A stretch of 23,277 nucleotides of DNA from Chloropicon primus (Eukaryota). Numbering within the stretch: position 1 is the first letter of the stretch; every line of letters begins with the position of its first letter. Made by a program: the position numbers and the translations under genes. The notes under the pieces were generated by a model. It searched no databases and was not told the DNA's origin. It saw nothing but the letters and a program-made list of their open reading frames with translations. Of the stretch, positions 19,706 to 23,277 are shown in pieces. The stretch lies in NCBI GenBank assembly GCA_023205875.1, contig CP060762.1:744001-767277 (forward strand), written 5' to 3'.

Positions 19706-21655
19706 TCATCCCGCCCCCCGGGGCGAGACGATGCCGTCGATGGCCTCCACCAGCGCCTGCGTCTCGAACCGGAACTGGCCGTTCCCCTCGGGATCAAAAG
19801 AGTCCACCTCCACGACCCGCACGCCCAGTCCTGAGAGCCTCTCGAGGTCGGAGCTCGGGTCGTACACCGACCCGTGCCTCGGGACCAGCACGTGGGTGAT
19901 GTACTCCGAAGGGGAGTGGGTCAAAACCCCGTTCCTGCCCGACTCTCTCCGGTTCAGGGACGAGCAGACGGCGTTCACGCAGTCCGTGGCCGTGTACCCG
20001 GATATCTCCCTGTCGTGCCAACCGTTCAACAGCAGGATCTGCCAACACGGCGCAAAGACACCAACACACAAAGAAAAAGAAAAAGAATGAGATTCGTCAG
20101 CCGAGCGCGATCCAAGGAGGCACGACAAGCCGGCCGGGGTGCGCCGGGCGATGCGAGGTGTCTCTAATCCATTTTTAACCGAGATCATCGACGCTAAAGA
20201 TCTAACTCAGCCTATCATAAAACTAGAAGGACGCTGTGGGCACCACAAACTCTTGTCCTCGGACTCGGCAAGCAAATATAGAGAAAGGTTGCGAGCCGAT
20301 CCTCGTGCGATGCCGCCCCCAGAGGCGGTTTTCCTGCCCGCCAACGGCGTCGTTACCTTGGTCCTTACCTTCTTGACCCCCTCTCCCCTCTCCGCGATGG
20401 CCTCCCCCACCCCCTGCAGTATCAGGGACGGGCACAGGCTGGTGTAGAAGCTCCCCATTCCGTACACCACGCACGTGGCCTCCCTCAGTCGGTCCAGAAC
20501 CCTCTCGTTCGCCCTCATCACGATCTCGTGCTCGTGCGTCGCGCCCTCGTAGCTGAGGTACATCACCCTCCTGATGGGCGAGTCCAGGGGCTGCTCCGCG
20601 GCAGCCTTGGTCACCCCCAAGTTCGCGCCGCCGCCGTACTCCCTCTCACTCAAGGACATGGGGCTCTGCATCACCTTGGGGTGGCTGATCTCGTTCTGGC
20701 CCCTGATGACCGTGCCGTCCTCCAGCTCCGCCCCCAGCACCAACCGGTCCTCGGTGCAGACGCAAGGCAGCACCAAGCAGTTCTCCGGGATGCCGCTCAC
20801 CCTGCTGTACAGGAAGATGGCGGCCTCAAGGGACCGGAAGAAGATCCTCGCCCCCGCGAAGAAGTAGTTCCCGATGCTCCCGTTCGCAAAGTCAAACCTC
20901 ATGCTGCTCTGCCTCAAGATGTTCTGCTGGAAGTGGACCAGGAACGCCCTTATCGTGTTCTTGTACGGCTCGCTGATCTCCTCCCACAGCTCGTGGTCCC
21001 CCTCCACCACCCGGTACCACTCCGCCTTGGCCTCGTCGCTGTCCCTGGAGCACAGCCTGTGCCCCAAGAGCGCGTTCACCGCCCTCGCCTCCCCCGTGCT
21101 CTCCGAGCTCAGCCGAAGGCACCGGCTCCTGATGTCCCCCACCGCCGGACCGCCCAACACCCTCACGATCTCCGCGGTGCTCCCCCCGTCGTCGCTCACG
21201 GGGAGAACGTGAGTCACCGAGCGGGCAGACGACAGCGACGGCGGACGGAGGTGGCGGGCGCACGAGTTGAGCGCCGTCCCACCGCTGAACACCAAATAGT
21301 CCTCCCTCCCCATCCCCTGCTGGTCCCCCAGCACCATGTCCGAGTCTCTTGGAAGGGGAACGGCAACGACACTCGGCACGAGGTCCTGGTCCAGGTGCTG
21401 GTGCTGGTCCTGGTGCTGATCCTCCCGCGCGGTGGTCGCCGTCCTGCCCGGGTCACCTACCGCGCGAAGAGGAAAACGTCGTGGCCTCTCCTGCTGCTGC
21501 TGCTGCTGCTGCTGGAGGTGGTTGAACAACCGTTGTCCACCTCGTTGTCGTCGTTGGCCACGCCAGGCGTTCGACAACCCACTCCCGCCGCGCGTTGGCG
21601 TGCTCGTGCAAGTGTTCCGCCCGCCTCGAACCCGCGGTCCCGCCCACTGCTCCAT
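19706..21655 (-). CDS. UPF0052/CofD-YvcK family protein (eukaryotic MEE18/YNL011C type), two exons: 21655-20369, 20038-19706
   Basis: Motifs LVFSGGTALN, HVLPVSDDGGSTAEIVRVLGGPAVGDIRSR, FDFANGSIGNYFFAGAR, GAELEDGTVIRGQNEISHP, YGMGSFYTSLCPSL and K|ILLLNGWHDRE. The intron (20039-20368) is GTAAGG...CTGAC...TTGGCAG. The start codon is uncertain; the first ATG is at 21655. Confidence 0.9.
20156..20300 (-). ncRNA. candidate intron-encoded structured RNA (box H/ACA-like)
   Basis: By eye: a 5' hairpin (20259-20299), ANANNA = ACAAGA (20251-20256), a 3' hairpin with an internal loop (20163-20227) and ACA (20159-20161). No target was identified. Confidence 0.4.
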
Positions 21656-22315
21656 GCCTCGCCGAGCCCAACCCACCCCTCCCTCGTTGTTCTGTGGCGG
21701 TGCGAGGGTTGGGAGATGCCCAAGCCCCTGGTGTCGAGGGGAAGAGGGAGAAGGAGAGGAGATCTTGGGACAATGCGGAGTGGGAGAGGAGAGGAGGCAA
21801 GGAGAGGTGTGTTATGGGTAGTTGTTCGTGGATTGGATCATCTTGGTTTGGTTCATGCTGACTTGATTGTGTAATGTAGGTGTGTATGATATGATTCTGT
21901 TGCTATTATTGTCCATTTTGGGGCCTATTTTTTGGTACGAATAGTGGAGTGACGGATCCAGTTCGTGTCCGATGGCTGTAAAACTTTGTCAGAAGGGGCT
22001 TGTATTTTATATTTGGATACTGTTTGAATATGGTGTATGTACACGTAGTCCTTGAACCTGTAGAGGTCCATCTGTCGGACCACTAAAACCCAAACCACAG
22101 ACCTCCATGGATGATGATGATGTTGTGTGAATAGAGTCCGTGATGGAGAGACCTGTTCCGGGTGGAGTGCAATCTAGGGCACCAGAGAATAACGAGGTCC
22201 AATCGTAAACCTTACCCTGATCCACTCTTCTGCTGGAATCCGTCGTCTTATGCGACCTGGTTTAGGGCCGACTAAAACCCAGATCACACTTAAAACCTAT
22301 ACTAGAAGGAAAACT

Positions 22316-22817
22316 GCGGTGGCTCGGAGGCACCACGGAAAGCTTGGATGATGCGACGGTGTCTTTCTCTTAGGCTTCTTTTGTTCTCCGGCTCCTTTCC
22401 TTGGCCAAGTCGTCCTTCCTTTCTTCCTCGGGCAAACCCTACTCAAGACACTTCGGACCCACGAGAGGGCCTTTTAGGCGTTAGGTTTTGGGACTCCCAA
22501 GGCTTTAGGAAACGCGGTGACTCGGAGGCACCACGGCAAGCTTGGATGATGCGACGGTGTGTTTGTCTTAGGCTTCTTTTGTTCTCCGGCTCCTTTCCTT
22601 GGCCAGGTCGTCCTTCCTTCCTTCCTCGGGCAAACCCTACTCAAGGCACTTCGGACCCACGAGAGGGCCTTTTAGGCGTTAGGTTTTAGGACTCCCAAGG
22701 CATTAGGAAACGCGGTGACTCGGAGGCACCACGGCAAGCTTGGATGATGCGACGGTGTCTTTCTCTTAGGCTTCTTTTGTTCTCCTGCTCCTTTCCTTGG
22801 CCAGGTCGTCCTTCCTT
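22316..22817. repeat. subtelomeric tandem repeat, 198-bp unit, ~2.5 copies
   Basis: GCTTGGATGATGCGACGG recurs at 22342, 22540 and 22738 (period 198). Copies differ by a few substitutions, and the third is cut off at the telomere. Confidence 0.95.
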
Positions 22818-23277
22818 AGGTTTGTAGGTTTGTAGGTTTGTAGGTTTGTAGGTTTTAGGTTTTAGGTTTTAGGTTTTAGGTTTTAGGTTTTAGGTTTTAG
22901 GTTTTAGGTTTTAGGTTTTAGGTTTTAGGTTTTAGGTTTTAGGTTTTAGGTTTTAGGTTTTAGGTTTTAGGTTTTAGGTTTTAGGTTTTAGGTTTTAGGT
23001 TTTAGGTTTTAGGTTTTAGGTTTTAGGTTTTAGGTTTTAGGTTTTAGGTTTTAGGTTTTAGGTTTTAGGTTTTAGGTTTTAGGTTTTAGGTTTTAGGTTT
23101 TAGGTTTTAGGTTTTAGGTTTTAGGTTTTAGGTTTTAGGTTTTAGGTTTTAGGTTTTAGGTTTTAGGTTTTAGGTTTTAGGTTTAGGTTTTAGGTTTTAG
23201 GTTTTAGGTTTTAGGTTTTAGGTTTTTGGGTTTTAGGTTTTAGGTTTTAGGTTTTAGGTTTTAGGTTTTAGGTTTTT
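22816..23277 (+). repeat. telomere: (TTTGTAGG)x4 then ~60 x TTTTAGG
   Basis: G/T-rich strand runs 5'->3' to the end of the window. Variant octamers occupy 22821-22852 and heptamers start at 22853. Confidence 0.98.

Noticed and set aside
16842..19709. 955-aa minus-strand ORF, and similar long antisense ORFs at 1706-3454, 3503-5227, 12297-14282, 14486-16516 and 20528-21874
   Set aside because: These are shadows of GC3-rich sense genes. They have no recognisable motifs and show the L/V/H/P-rich composition typical of antisense frames.
20039..20368. TPP riboswitch, glmS ribozyme, spliceosomal snRNA or telomerase RNA in the long intron
   Set aside because: I could not find the diagnostic motifs (CUGAGA...ACCUGAU, AGCGCC...GACGAGG, U2/U5/U6 signatures, or a CUAAAACC template).
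22007..22225. 72-aa minus-strand ORF in the subtelomeric spacer
   Set aside because: It has a GTG start, atypical codon use and no recognisable motif.
22348..22689. 113-aa ORF with an internal repeat
   Set aside because: It is a by-product of the 198-bp (3n) subtelomeric repeat.
22316..22817. Possible CRISPR array or LTR element
   Set aside because: The units are contiguous and near-identical with no unique spacers, there are no cas or retroelement ORFs, and the context is eukaryotic.
23182..23230. Single TTTAGG and TTTTTGGG units in the distal telomere
   Set aside because: Isolated variants near a contig end cannot be told apart from homopolymer sequencing errors.

Overview
The right-hand end of a chromosome from a compact, GC-rich eukaryote. 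The gene set (plastid-type class II DAHP synthase and ribosome recycling factor with N-terminal transit-like leaders, COV1-like, CDI-like), the short GT-AG introns and the (TTTTAGG)n telomere point to a green alga, possibly Chloropicon-like (inference). About 14 densely packed protein genes are followed by about 2.5 copies of a 198-bp subtelomeric repeat and about 60 telomere units. The standout is an intact three-exon gene (7253-8157, minus) for a T4-gp21-type phage prohead protease. It keeps a complete His/Ser/Asp triad, may start with an MGCxxS acylation motif, and sits alone among housekeeping genes with no other viral genes. A second candidate is a structured, H/ACA-like RNA inside the unusually long intron of the last gene.
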